From the IMG/VR virus record IMGVR_UViG_3300020187_003193: a DNA stretch of 64,000 nucleotides. One strand, 5' to 3'. Under the pieces are notes generated by a model. The model was given only the letters and a program-made list of their open reading frames with translations, was not told where the DNA came from and ran no database searches. A program made the position numbers and the translations under genes. Origin of the DNA: a virus. Shown here in pieces: positions 18,191 to 26,913 of the stretch (the first letter of the stretch is position 1; the number at the start of each line of letters is the position of its first letter).

Positions 18191-18721
18191 ATGAAAATAG
18201 GTTTATGTGGTACAATGAGTGTAGGTAAAACTACATTAGTAAATGCTTTACAGCAATTAGAACAATTTAAAGGATATGAATTTGCTACTGAGCGTAGTAA
18301 ATATTTAAGTGGTTTAGGTATTCCATTGAATACTGATTCTACATTAAAAGGTCAAACAGTATTTTTAGCTGAGCGTTGTGCCGAATTAATTCATGATAAT
18401 ATCATTACAGATAGAACTGTAGTTGATGTAATGGCGTTTACAGAAAATGCTAAATCAATTGATTTTAAAGATAAAGAATATTTTAGTGAATATGCTAGAA
18501 ATTTCTTAGGTGAATATGATTATATATTCTATATTTCACCTGTAGGGATTGATATAGAAGATAATGGTGTTAGAGAAACTGATGCAAATTATAGAATGAC
18601 AATCGATGATTCTATATTACATATATTAAGTAGTTTTGGTCATAGATGTAAAAATGTACATGAATTAAAAGGTACAACTAATGAACGAATTGAGCAAATG
18701 CTCGGGTTTATTCAAGGTTAA
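18191..18721 (+). CDS. P-loop kinase (AAA_28/NadR-kinase-like)
   Basis: GLCGTMSVGKTT, ITDRTVVD, YDYIFY. Confidence 0.8.
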   Translation: MKIGLCGTMSVGKTTLVNALQQLEQFKGYEFATERSKYLSGLGIPLNTDSTLKGQTVFLAERCAELIHDNIITDRTVVDVMAFTENAKSIDFKDKEYFSEYARNFLGEYDYIFYISPVGIDIEDNGVRETDANYRMTIDDSILHILSSFGHRCKNVHELKGTTNERIEQMLGFIQG

Positions 18722-18728
18722 TATTTAT
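18721..18728 (+). promoter_or_regulatory. ATATTTAT putative late promoter
   Basis: Motif upstream of ATG 18748. Confidence 0.6.
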
Positions 18729-18747
18729 ATACAAAACACATTATATC

Positions 18748-19119
18748 ATGCAAGATAATTTTAGCATTAGAGACTGGAAACACGAAACAGTATACAAAGA
18801 AGAATTTGAAGGTTCTGGTAAAGTAGCTGAAGTAGAAGACTTTGAAGCAGACGCTGAGGATATCGAATTTGAAATCCCGGGCGACGAAAACGCTAAACCA
18901 GTAGTTGATAAAGACTTAAACAAGTCATTAAGTAAGCAAGATAAAATCATCAAACAGTGGCAAGATATCAATGCACAAATGCAAAGAAATCTTAAAAACT
19001 TTAAAGAAGCTGGTGATGAAGGTGCTAAAGATATGGCTAAAATAGCTCTAAAAGACTTAACCCCAGCATATAGAGCAGCTAAGGATGCTTACGAAAAACT
19101 AAAAGGTGTTAAACTTTAA
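18748..19119 (+). CDS. Acidic hypothetical protein (possible head-internal protein)
   Basis: Leader MQDNFSIRDWKHE resembles that of ORF 12901. Confidence 0.6.
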   Translation: MQDNFSIRDWKHETVYKEEFEGSGKVAEVEDFEADAEDIEFEIPGDENAKPVVDKDLNKSLSKQDKIIKQWQDINAQMQRNLKNFKEAGDEGAKDMAKIALKDLTPAYRAAKDAYEKLKGVKL

Positions 19120-19486
19120 AAAACATTTACCACTATTAGTGGTAATCGGTTCATGTATATTAGTCTTTGCATTCTTAAATGACAAGGAAGACTATGTTGA
19201 TGAATATAATGCCAAAATAAAAGCACTAGAGGCTAAGGTCGATTCCTTACATAGTGAAAACGAAGGTTTAAACAACAATATACTTGAACTAAACCTTCAA
19301 ATTACAAATTTAGACAAAGAAATAGATTTACAAGACAATAAAATCTATACTCTAAATATCAAAACAAATGAAAAAGTTAGTTCTGTCGATCTTTTTAATG
19401 ACGATGAGCTTGAGCAGTTTTTCACAGACCGCTACAGACACGTCATCGATTCAATTACGAAAGCCAATAGCGAAGCTAGTAATTAA
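19106..19486 (+). CDS. N-terminal TM + coiled-coil protein (i-spanin-like candidate)
   Basis: GTG start; hydrophobic helix LLVVIGSCILVFAFL; coiled coil. Confidence 0.55.
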   Translation: MLNFKKHLPLLVVIGSCILVFAFLNDKEDYVDEYNAKIKALEAKVDSLHSENEGLNNNILELNLQITNLDKEIDLQDNKIYTLNIKTNEKVSSVDLFNDDELEQFFTDRYRHVIDSITKANSEASN

Positions 19487-19772
19487 AGATCTTATTATTG
19501 GAGATGGTTCAAAAGAACAAATCTCCATATTAAATACAAAAATAGGGTTATTAGAGAATAAAATTGTTCTAAAGGACAGCATTATATTCAATCTCAATAC
19601 GAAAGTAACAAACTACGAGAGTATACTTAACGTAAAAGGAGATCAACTAGCCATATCACAAGAACTTTCCAAAAAACTAGAAAAAGACTTAGCTAAAGCA
19701 AAACTCAAAAGCAAACTTGTGGGTGGAGCTGGACTGCTGTTAGCAGCTGGAGCAGCAATTCTACTTAAATAG
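19368..19772 (+). CDS. Secreted coiled-coil protein with C-terminal membrane anchor (spanin partner candidate)
   Basis: Signal peptide MKKLVLSIFLMTMSLSSFSQ; C-terminal LVGGAGLLLAAGAAILLK; 119-nt out-of-frame overlap with the upstream gene. Confidence 0.55.
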   Translation: MKKLVLSIFLMTMSLSSFSQTATDTSSIQLRKPIAKLVIKDLIIGDGSKEQISILNTKIGLLENKIVLKDSIIFNLNTKVTNYESILNVKGDQLAISQELSKKLEKDLAKAKLKSKLVGGAGLLLAAGAAILLK

Positions 19773-19773
19773 T

Positions 19774-21357
19774 ATGGCAGAAAACCTAAAAGATATAATT
19801 AAATCCGAATTCATCAAGTGTGCCCAAGATCCGGTATACTTTATGAAAAAATATTACATGATTCAAAACCCACAAAAGGGTCGAATCAAGTTTAACTTAT
19901 ATCCATTCCAGGAACAAGTTCTCCGCCACATGCAAAACGAGAACTACCTTATAATAAACAAATCTCGTCAGTTAGGTATATCAACACTATGTTCTGCATA
20001 TGCTTTATGGATGATGTTGTTTCAAAAGGATAAGAACGTGCTGTGTATCGCAACAAAGCAAGAAACGGCGAAAAACATGGTAACCAAAGTACGATTTGCG
20101 TATGACCAATTACCAAAATGGCTGCAAATTAAAACAGTTGAACACAACAAACTATCCCTACGACTCGCAAACGGATCACAAATTAAAGCTACATCAGCAT
20201 CATCAGATGCAGGACGTTCAGAAGCAGTTTCTTTGTTACTAATAGATGAGGCAGCTTTTATTGATGGTATTGATGAGATATTCGCTTCAGCCCAACAAAC
20301 ACTAGCAACTGGGGGTGGATGTATAGCATTATCTACACCTTATGGTACAGGTAACTGGTTCCATTCTACATGGGTTAAAGCCGAAGCAAGAGAAAATACA
20401 TTTATTCCTGTACGTTTACCCTGGACTGTTCACCCTGAAAGGGAACAAGATTGGCGTGACCAACAAGATATTATTCTTGGAAATAGAATGGCAGCCCAAG
20501 AATGTGATTGCGATTTTAGCACATCCGGGGACACTGTAATAGAACCAGATATACTTAATTTTTATGATAAAACATTCCTACAAGAACCCGTTGAGCGTAG
20601 AGGAGTTGATGGAAGTTTATGGGTATGGGAAATACCAGATTATACAAAAACATATGTTGTAGTAGCCGATGTCGCTCGTGGAGACGGACAAGATTACTCA
20701 GCATTTCATGTATTTGATATAGAAGAAGCTACACAAGTGGCCGAATTTAAACAACAATTATCAACAAAAGACTTCGGTAACGTACTATATTCAATAGCTA
20801 CCGAATATAACGATGCTTTACTCGTAGTTGAAAACGCAAATATTGGATGGGCTGTAATACAACAGCTAATAGACAGAGGATATCGCAATCTTTACTATTC
20901 TCCCAAAATGGATGTAGGAATGGGCAACGCTGATCAGTATATTTCACGTTTCGAGAATGGGCAAGGTATGGTACCTGGATTCACTACATCAATGAAGACG
21001 AGACCACTTGTTATCTCCAAAATGGTTGCGTATGTTCACGAGAAGGCAGTTACAATACGTTCAAAACGTTTACTGGAAGAATTAAGAACATTCGTTTGGA
21101 AACATGGTAAAGCACAAGCACAAAATGGCTATAACGATGATTTAGTTATGGCATTTGGTATTGGTATGTTCTTAAGGGATACAGCATTACGTTTCCAACA
21201 ACAAGGAGTAGATATGGCGCGAGCAACATTAGGAAGTGTACATTCCACTAACTATCAAGCACCAAATGTTTACAGCGGTAATTCACAAATGCAAAATCCA
21301 TATGAAATGAAGGATTCGCATGGTAACAACGAAGACATTTCTTGGTTATTAGGTTAA
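19774..21357 (+). CDS. terL: Terminase large subunit (T4 gp17-like)
   Basis: NKSRQLGIST, LLLIDEAAF Walker B, LSTPYG, VADVARG and DDLVMA nuclease motifs. Confidence 0.95.
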   Translation: MAENLKDIIKSEFIKCAQDPVYFMKKYYMIQNPQKGRIKFNLYPFQEQVLRHMQNENYLIINKSRQLGISTLCSAYALWMMLFQKDKNVLCIATKQETAKNMVTKVRFAYDQLPKWLQIKTVEHNKLSLRLANGSQIKATSASSDAGRSEAVSLLLIDEAAFIDGIDEIFASAQQTLATGGGCIALSTPYGTGNWFHSTWVKAEARENTFIPVRLPWTVHPEREQDWRDQQDIILGNRMAAQECDCDFSTSGDTVIEPDILNFYDKTFLQEPVERRGVDGSLWVWEIPDYTKTYVVVADVARGDGQDYSAFHVFDIEEATQVAEFKQQLSTKDFGNVLYSIATEYNDALLVVENANIGWAVIQQLIDRGYRNLYYSPKMDVGMGNADQYISRFENGQGMVPGFTTSMKTRPLVISKMVAYVHEKAVTIRSKRLLEELRTFVWKHGKAQAQNGYNDDLVMAFGIGMFLRDTALRFQQQGVDMARATLGSVHSTNYQAPNVYSGNSQMQNPYEMKDSHGNNEDISWLLG

Positions 21358-21360
21358 TTA

Positions 21361-21368
21361 ATATTTAT
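21361..21368 (+). promoter_or_regulatory. ATATTTAT putative late promoter
   Basis: Motif upstream of the portal gene. Confidence 0.65.
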
Positions 21369-21382
21369 TATATATACATAAA

Positions 21383-23305
21383 ATGGCAGATACTTCATTA
21401 TTTGGTAAACTAAAGAGATTATTCTCAACAGACGTAGTGATACGTAACGTTGGTGGTAATCAACTTAAAGTGACGGATTCACAACAAATCCAGTCTTTAG
21501 GTCAATTACAGACAAACTCTTTATTTGACAAATTCAATAAACTATACAGCACTACTGGAGGGACAAATTATAACATGTCTCAACAGGTAAACTTTCCTGC
21601 TTCAAGAATACAATTATATGTAGATTACGAATCTATGGATACAGATGCAATTGTAGCATCTGCACTTGACATTGTATCTGACGAATCTACACTAAGAAAC
21701 GATATGGGAGAAGTATTACAAATACGCTCCTCAGACGAAACAGTACAAAAAATATTATATAACCTATTTTACGATGTCCTTAACATAGAATTTAACCTAT
21801 GGTCTTGGGCTCGAAATATGTTAAAATATGGTGATTTCTATTTAAAGTTAGAAATATCAGAAAAATTTGGTGTATATAATGTTATACCATTCTCCTCGTA
21901 TACTATAATGAGATTAGAAGGTATGGATCCTGCCAATCCATCTGACGTAAAATACAAATACGACCCATCTTATTCGGTATCTGAAAACCCACTTGGTTTC
22001 CAAACCGTTAGTCCTGCTATGAGCCAAACAGCTGGTAGAGAAGTTATATTTGATAACTACGAAATGGCACATTTCCGTCTACTATCAGATTTCAATTACC
22101 TTCCTTACGGTAGATCATATCTAGAACCAGCGAGAAAAATATGGAAACAAATGACGTTAATGGAAGACGCCATGCTTATCCATAGAATAGTACGCGCGCC
22201 TGAAAAACGCACTTTCTTCGTGAATGTCGGTAATATTCCACCAAACGAAGTAGAAACATACATGCAACGTATGATCAACAAAATGAAGAAAACTCCATAT
22301 GTTGATCCAAATACAGGAGAGTATAACTTAAAGTTCAATATGCAAAACATCTTAGAGGATTTTTATATTCCTGTAAGAGGTGGAGACGCTACTACACGTA
22401 TTGAAACTACAAAAGGTTTAGATTACGCTGCTATTGAAGACGTTACATACCTACGAGATAAATTATTCGCAGCATTAAAAGTTCCAAAAGCATTCTTAGG
22501 ATACGAAGCGGATCTTGAAGGTAAAGCAACATTAGCTGCTGAAGATATTAGATTTGCAAGAACGGTTGAAAGAATTCAACGTATTCTTATATCTGAATTA
22601 ACAAAAATTGCACTTGTACACTTATATGCACAAGGATATGACGGAGCCGCATTAACAAACTTCGAATTATCATTAACTACACCTTCTATTATATACGATC
22701 AGGAGAGAATCGCGTTAATGAAAGAAAAAGTTGATTTAGCGGGTCAAATGATGGAACTTAAATTGATGCCTACAGATTGGATATATGACAATGTATTCCA
22801 CTTCAGTGAAGATCAATATCAAGAATATAGAGATTTAATTATCGAAGACCAGAAACGTACCTTCAGACAAAATCAAATACTTGAAGAAGGAAACGACCCA
22901 GCAGAATCAGGTGAAGCATATGGTACACCACATGCACTCGCTTCATTATATGGATCAGGTAGGTACCCAGAAGCTAAAGGAGTGCCAAAAGGATACGATG
23001 TTAACGATACAGAATATCCAGAACCAGCACTTGGACGACCATCAGAAAAAGCATCTGGATACGGTACACAAGATAGCAATTTAGGTAAAGACATATTAGG
23101 AGTAGACAGAATGAAAAGTGGTACTACACCTGAAGATAGACCCGGATTATCTGAATCGTCTACATCTGTAGATAACATAAATACAAGAGCTGTTTTTGCT
23201 CAAAATGAGAAGATGTTAAAAAAATTCTTCCCAAAACCGAAAGTTACCCTATTTGAAGGCGAAGAGTTGTTAAATGAAGGTAATATCCGCGAGGAAGTTG
23301 AATAA
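21383..23305 (+). CDS. gp20: Portal protein (T4 gp20-like)
   Basis: PYGRSYLE.AR, LMEDAMLIHRIVRAPEKR.F.VNVGN.P, EDFYIPVRG, AAEDIRF. Confidence 0.95.
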   Translation: MADTSLFGKLKRLFSTDVVIRNVGGNQLKVTDSQQIQSLGQLQTNSLFDKFNKLYSTTGGTNYNMSQQVNFPASRIQLYVDYESMDTDAIVASALDIVSDESTLRNDMGEVLQIRSSDETVQKILYNLFYDVLNIEFNLWSWARNMLKYGDFYLKLEISEKFGVYNVIPFSSYTIMRLEGMDPANPSDVKYKYDPSYSVSENPLGFQTVSPAMSQTAGREVIFDNYEMAHFRLLSDFNYLPYGRSYLEPARKIWKQMTLMEDAMLIHRIVRAPEKRTFFVNVGNIPPNEVETYMQRMINKMKKTPYVDPNTGEYNLKFNMQNILEDFYIPVRGGDATTRIETTKGLDYAAIEDVTYLRDKLFAALKVPKAFLGYEADLEGKATLAAEDIRFARTVERIQRILISELTKIALVHLYAQGYDGAALTNFELSLTTPSIIYDQERIALMKEKVDLAGQMMELKLMPTDWIYDNVFHFSEDQYQEYRDLIIEDQKRTFRQNQILEEGNDPAESGEAYGTPHALASLYGSGRYPEAKGVPKGYDVNDTEYPEPALGRPSEKASGYGTQDSNLGKDILGVDRMKSGTTPEDRPGLSESSTSVDNINTRAVFAQNEKMLKKFFPKPKVTLFEGEELLNEGNIREEVE

Positions 23306-23310
23306 TTTTA

Positions 23311-23318
23311 ATATTTAT
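23311..23318 (+). promoter_or_regulatory. ATATTTAT putative late promoter
   Basis: Motif upstream of ATG 23338. Confidence 0.6.
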
Positions 23319-23337
23319 AACTAGTAGCTCACTACTT

Positions 23338-24186
23338 ATGAAAATAAAGCATAACAAATACAAGAATACTGGTATTCTATTTGAATTATTAGTAAGGAAG
23401 ATTACTTCGGATACTATGTCTAATAGCAATTCCAAAGCAGCGACTTTAGTTAAGAAATACTTTACTAAAAGTGAGTTAGCTAACGAGAACAAACTCTACC
23501 AAACAATAAACAACTCTATTTCTCTATCAGAAGGTAAAGCAGAATCTGTTATCTCAACGGTATTGGAAATGTCTAGAAGATTAGATAGAGACAAATTGGC
23601 TAAGGAAAAATACAACTTAATTAAGGAGATTAAAGACAATTTCGACCTTAATGATTTTTTCCAAGCCAAAATAAAAAATTACAAGCTATTAGCTTCAACC
23701 TATACTTTATTTGAATCGGTAAATTCTAAAGGCTTCGGAAACCCTGAAACCATTATCAATTCTAAAGTAACCATCCTCGAACACATCACATCATCCCCAG
23801 ACACTAAAATGTCGCTTACACCATTGGTAGAAGAGTTAATGGGATTAGATAAAGGTACTCGTGCTTTAGCATATAAAATTATGTTAGAGAAATACAACGA
23901 GAAATTCGATGGTTTAAATACAGAACAAAAACTTATCTTAAAAGAATATATTAATAGTATCGCAGATGCCCCTAAACTTAAAGAATTTTTAAATACTAAA
24001 TTTAAAAGTATATCTGAGAGTTTAAAGAAAAATATATCTAAAGTAGACGATCCTACTTTGAAAATCAAAATCAAAGAGGTAATAAATCTTATTGACCCTA
24101 TAGTAGAAAGTAAAAAACTAAGAGACGATCACGTTGTCGCTCTTCTACAATATGTTGAGCTTTCTCAAGAAGTAGAATTGATATGA
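23338..24186 (+). CDS. Head-module helical protein
   Basis: 282 aa between portal and protease; KHNKYKNTGILFELLVR N-terminus. Confidence 0.7.
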   Translation: MKIKHNKYKNTGILFELLVRKITSDTMSNSNSKAATLVKKYFTKSELANENKLYQTINNSISLSEGKAESVISTVLEMSRRLDRDKLAKEKYNLIKEIKDNFDLNDFFQAKIKNYKLLASTYTLFESVNSKGFGNPETIINSKVTILEHITSSPDTKMSLTPLVEELMGLDKGTRALAYKIMLEKYNEKFDGLNTEQKLILKEYINSIADAPKLKEFLNTKFKSISESLKKNISKVDDPTLKIKIKEVINLIDPIVESKKLRDDHVVALLQYVELSQEVELI

Positions 24187-24947
24187 AAATAAACTTAAAA
24201 GGTTTAAAGCAAGAGATGAGCACCACTGGAACTGGTGCTTCCTTTGCTGCTGGCACGGGCGAACAATATGCTACACCTAAAGCTTTTAAGAAACGTAAAG
24301 ATGAAGTAGGAGAACCATTCTCAACACCATCTCCCTCTATCCCAAACAGAAAATCTAAAGTAATCGACTATAAAAAATTATTTCAAGAAGCTGTTGACGA
24401 GCTATCTGAAGCAGAAGTAGGCGATACTAAAACAACTAAAGGCATCAAATCAACTGTATCAGATGTTGACCCTGTAACGGGACAAATATCATGGGATATA
24501 GAATATGTACCTGCATTTGATTCTGTATATAAAGAATTTGACGATTTACGTAAAGTAATATCTCAACTCGACCAAAAGACAGACGATGCCATAGTAGACG
24601 ATATAGCAGCTAAAATCAGATCCGAATTTAACAGATATCGTACACACATCAGAAAAAATTACCCTGAAGCGTACAAAAAGTTTACACTAAACGAAGCACG
24701 CTATACAGAATTTAAGAAAAAATCACAATTTCGTACACCTACACAACAATTACATATGGCTGTACGTGAAATTAGACGTAAAATCGATGAAATGACCAAA
24801 GTAGTGGCGTTTACTGAGAGAATGCGTACAGAATTAAAGGCAAGTAACGAAGGTATGTCTTATTTAAATCGTACTCGTGAATCCATTAGTAAAATAAACG
24901 AAAAACTACAAGAATTAAATAATCGAATTAAAGGTTTAACAGAATAA
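24183..24947 (+). CDS. Head-module protein with protease-site junctions
   Basis: MKINLKGLKQE leader, LSE/LNE junctions, C-terminal coiled coil. Confidence 0.65.
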   Translation: MKINLKGLKQEMSTTGTGASFAAGTGEQYATPKAFKKRKDEVGEPFSTPSPSIPNRKSKVIDYKKLFQEAVDELSEAEVGDTKTTKGIKSTVSDVDPVTGQISWDIEYVPAFDSVYKEFDDLRKVISQLDQKTDDAIVDDIAAKIRSEFNRYRTHIRKNYPEAYKKFTLNEARYTEFKKKSQFRTPTQQLHMAVREIRRKIDEMTKVVAFTERMRTELKASNEGMSYLNRTRESISKINEKLQELNNRIKGLTE

Positions 24948-25084
24948 TGGCAAAAGGCATCGCAGTTGGCAACTACAGAGGTGGTTCTAACAAAAAAAGA
25001 CCGGGTGTTCACTCAAAAAGTAAGTCATCCAAAATTAAAGGTTCTAAGAATTACAAGAAACTGAATGTAGGTCAAGGCAAATAA
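24947..25084 (+). CDS. 45-aa basic (Lys/Ser-rich) peptide missed by the ORF track
   Basis: ATG overlaps the upstream TAA; translates MAKGIAVGNYRGGSNKKRPGVHSKSKSSKIKGSKNYKKLNVGQGK*. Confidence 0.75.
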   Translation: MAKGIAVGNYRGGSNKKRPGVHSKSKSSKIKGSKNYKKLNVGQGK

Positions 25085-25091
25085 TATTTAT
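25084..25091 (+). promoter_or_regulatory. ATATTTAT putative late promoter
   Basis: Motif abutting the stop of the basic peptide; very close to ATG 25096. Confidence 0.45.
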
Positions 25092-25095
25092 ATAC

Positions 25096-26106
25096 ATGAC
25101 AACACAAGATTTATATACTAAGCTTTCTAAAGGCGAGATTACAGAACAAAAGTTCTTGTATGAAGTACGTAGAGATATTAACCTACCATGGATAACATCC
25201 AGTAACTCATTCAAAGATACTATCACTATCCTTAAAAACAAGGGTATGATATCTGAAAAACAAACTAAAAAATCTACGGGTAAACAAGAAGTAGAAATCA
25301 TAGCTAAAACTATCGATATGGTTAACCCATACGAATACTCAAAAGGTATGGATTTCGAACTTGATTTAGTATATAATGCTGTAGGAAACGCCGACTTAAC
25401 AGAAGACGAAGTACTTAAAGCACAGAAAAAAGTACTTAAAAATCTTACAAATAACCCATCATACTACACTCAGAAAATGTCTACCCAAATGGAAGGCGAA
25501 AGCGAGTATGAAATAGAGTTAAACGATAAATCTATTGCTGATTTAATCAAGAAAAACAAAGGGAAAAAAGGTAAAATTATCCGCGAACATGGAGAAGATG
25601 CCGAAAGAGTAGCTGATGTAAACGCTGATTCTACTATGTTAGAAGGAACTACTTATGTGTGGGGAGATGTTATAAACGCATTAAAAGATGAAGCGAACGC
25701 TTCAGAATCTGAAATAGAAGCATATATAGCATCTTTAGAACGTGATATCAAAATAAATGGTATGGACGATTATAAGGGATATTCAACCGATGATTATGTT
25801 GAAGATTTTAAAAATTATATAGCTGATAAGTCTGTAAAAGAACACGGAGAACATCACGATAGAGTAGCCGATGTAAATGCTGATTCCTCACCATTAGAAG
25901 AAGAAGAAGTAGAAGAACTAGGTAGAAAAAGAGACGCTATCTACGAAAAGTATGCTAAAAAATATGGTGTTGACGTAAACGAACTTAAAGATAAAGTTGA
26001 AGCACGTAAACTTGAAATGGAAGCAATTGAAGTAGATAACGAACAAGATGCTATCAATATTCAGAAAAAATCCCCTGATGCTGACGTTCGCATAGTTAAA
26101 AAATAA
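25096..26106 (+). CDS. Head-module acidic protein with internal duplicated 16-aa motif
   Basis: EHGE..x.RVADVNADS present twice; IRE/MLE/VKE junctions. Confidence 0.7.
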   Translation: MTTQDLYTKLSKGEITEQKFLYEVRRDINLPWITSSNSFKDTITILKNKGMISEKQTKKSTGKQEVEIIAKTIDMVNPYEYSKGMDFELDLVYNAVGNADLTEDEVLKAQKKVLKNLTNNPSYYTQKMSTQMEGESEYEIELNDKSIADLIKKNKGKKGKIIREHGEDAERVADVNADSTMLEGTTYVWGDVINALKDEANASESEIEAYIASLERDIKINGMDDYKGYSTDDYVEDFKNYIADKSVKEHGEHHDRVADVNADSSPLEEEEVEELGRKRDAIYEKYAKKYGVDVNELKDKVEARKLEMEAIEVDNEQDAINIQKKSPDADVRIVKK

Positions 26107-26109
26107 CAG

Positions 26110-26727
26110 ATGGCTCAAAAATTACTATTAGAATATTCCGTATTTACCCCTAAAAGATCTCAACTTGTTGAAGGTCTAGACGGGTCAAAAAACATGGTGG
26201 TTGAAGGTATCGTACAACGTGCCGAAGAATTCAACCATAACGGAAGACGCTACCCATACGAGACATTAAAGCGTGAAGTAGACAAATATATGTCTGGCCC
26301 TATCGCTGAAAACAGAGCATTAGGGGAATTAGACCACCCAGAATCCTCTGTAATCAACTTAAAAAACGCATCCCACAACATTAAAGAATTGTGGTGGGAC
26401 GGAAACGATTTACTAGGTAAAATCGAAATATTAACTACTCCATCTGGAAACATATTAAAAGAACTATTCAAAAATAATATTACTGTAGGGATTTCATCTC
26501 GCGGTATGGGTTCTGTTTCACAATTAGGTGAAGGTAGAGTAGAAGTAGAAGACGATTTCGAACTATTATGTTGGGATTTCGTATCTACACCATCAACACA
26601 TGGTGCATTCATGAAACCAACAGGTTTAAATGAAAATCGCACATATACTAAAAACAAATATTCAAAAATTAACTCAATTGTATCTGACATTATATGCACT
26701 CAGTCAGGTATTTGCTGTTTAAGATAA
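26110..26727 (+). CDS. gp21: Prohead core protease (T4 gp21-like)
   Basis: N.NGRRYP, RALGELDHP, GISSRGMGS, DFVSTPST. Confidence 0.95.
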   Translation: MAQKLLLEYSVFTPKRSQLVEGLDGSKNMVVEGIVQRAEEFNHNGRRYPYETLKREVDKYMSGPIAENRALGELDHPESSVINLKNASHNIKELWWDGNDLLGKIEILTTPSGNILKELFKNNITVGISSRGMGSVSQLGEGRVEVEDDFELLCWDFVSTPSTHGAFMKPTGLNENRTYTKNKYSKINSIVSDIICTQSGICCLR

Positions 26728-26760
26728 TTCCTCGGACGCTACCGCGGGCAGATGTCGATT

Positions 26761-26790
26761 CCCTTGCAGCAATGCAAGGGTTTCTTGTTT
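26761..26790 (+). terminator. Intrinsic terminator
   Basis: CCCTTGCA-GCAA-TGCAAGGG followed by TTTCTTGTTT. Confidence 0.8.
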
Positions 26791-26805
26791 CTCCTATATC
26801 TTTAT

Positions 26806-26813
26806 ATATTTAT
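26806..26813 (+). promoter_or_regulatory. ATATTTAT putative late promoter for scaffold-capsid operon
   Basis: Motif about 100 nt upstream of the scaffold ATG. Confidence 0.65.
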
Positions 26814-26826
26814 CCACAGATAAGAT

Positions 26827-26890
26827 AGGTAATCCCTAATATTACCTCACTCAGTTCACAAAATCTTATATTACTTCCCTAATAAGTAAT
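26827..26890 (+). promoter_or_regulatory. Twin stem-loops with identical CCCUAAU loops in the scaffold 5' leader
   Basis: AGGTAAT-CCCTAAT-ATTACCT (26827-26847) and ATTACTT-CCCTAAT-AAGTAAT (26870-26890). Confidence 0.65.
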
Positions 26891-26913
26891 CACACACACA
26901 AATTTTTTTAAAA

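Noticed and set aside
26745-26780. GTCGATTCCC resembling a tRNA T-arm
   Set aside because: No cloverleaf, D-arm or anticodon arm can be built; the downstream stem is a terminator.
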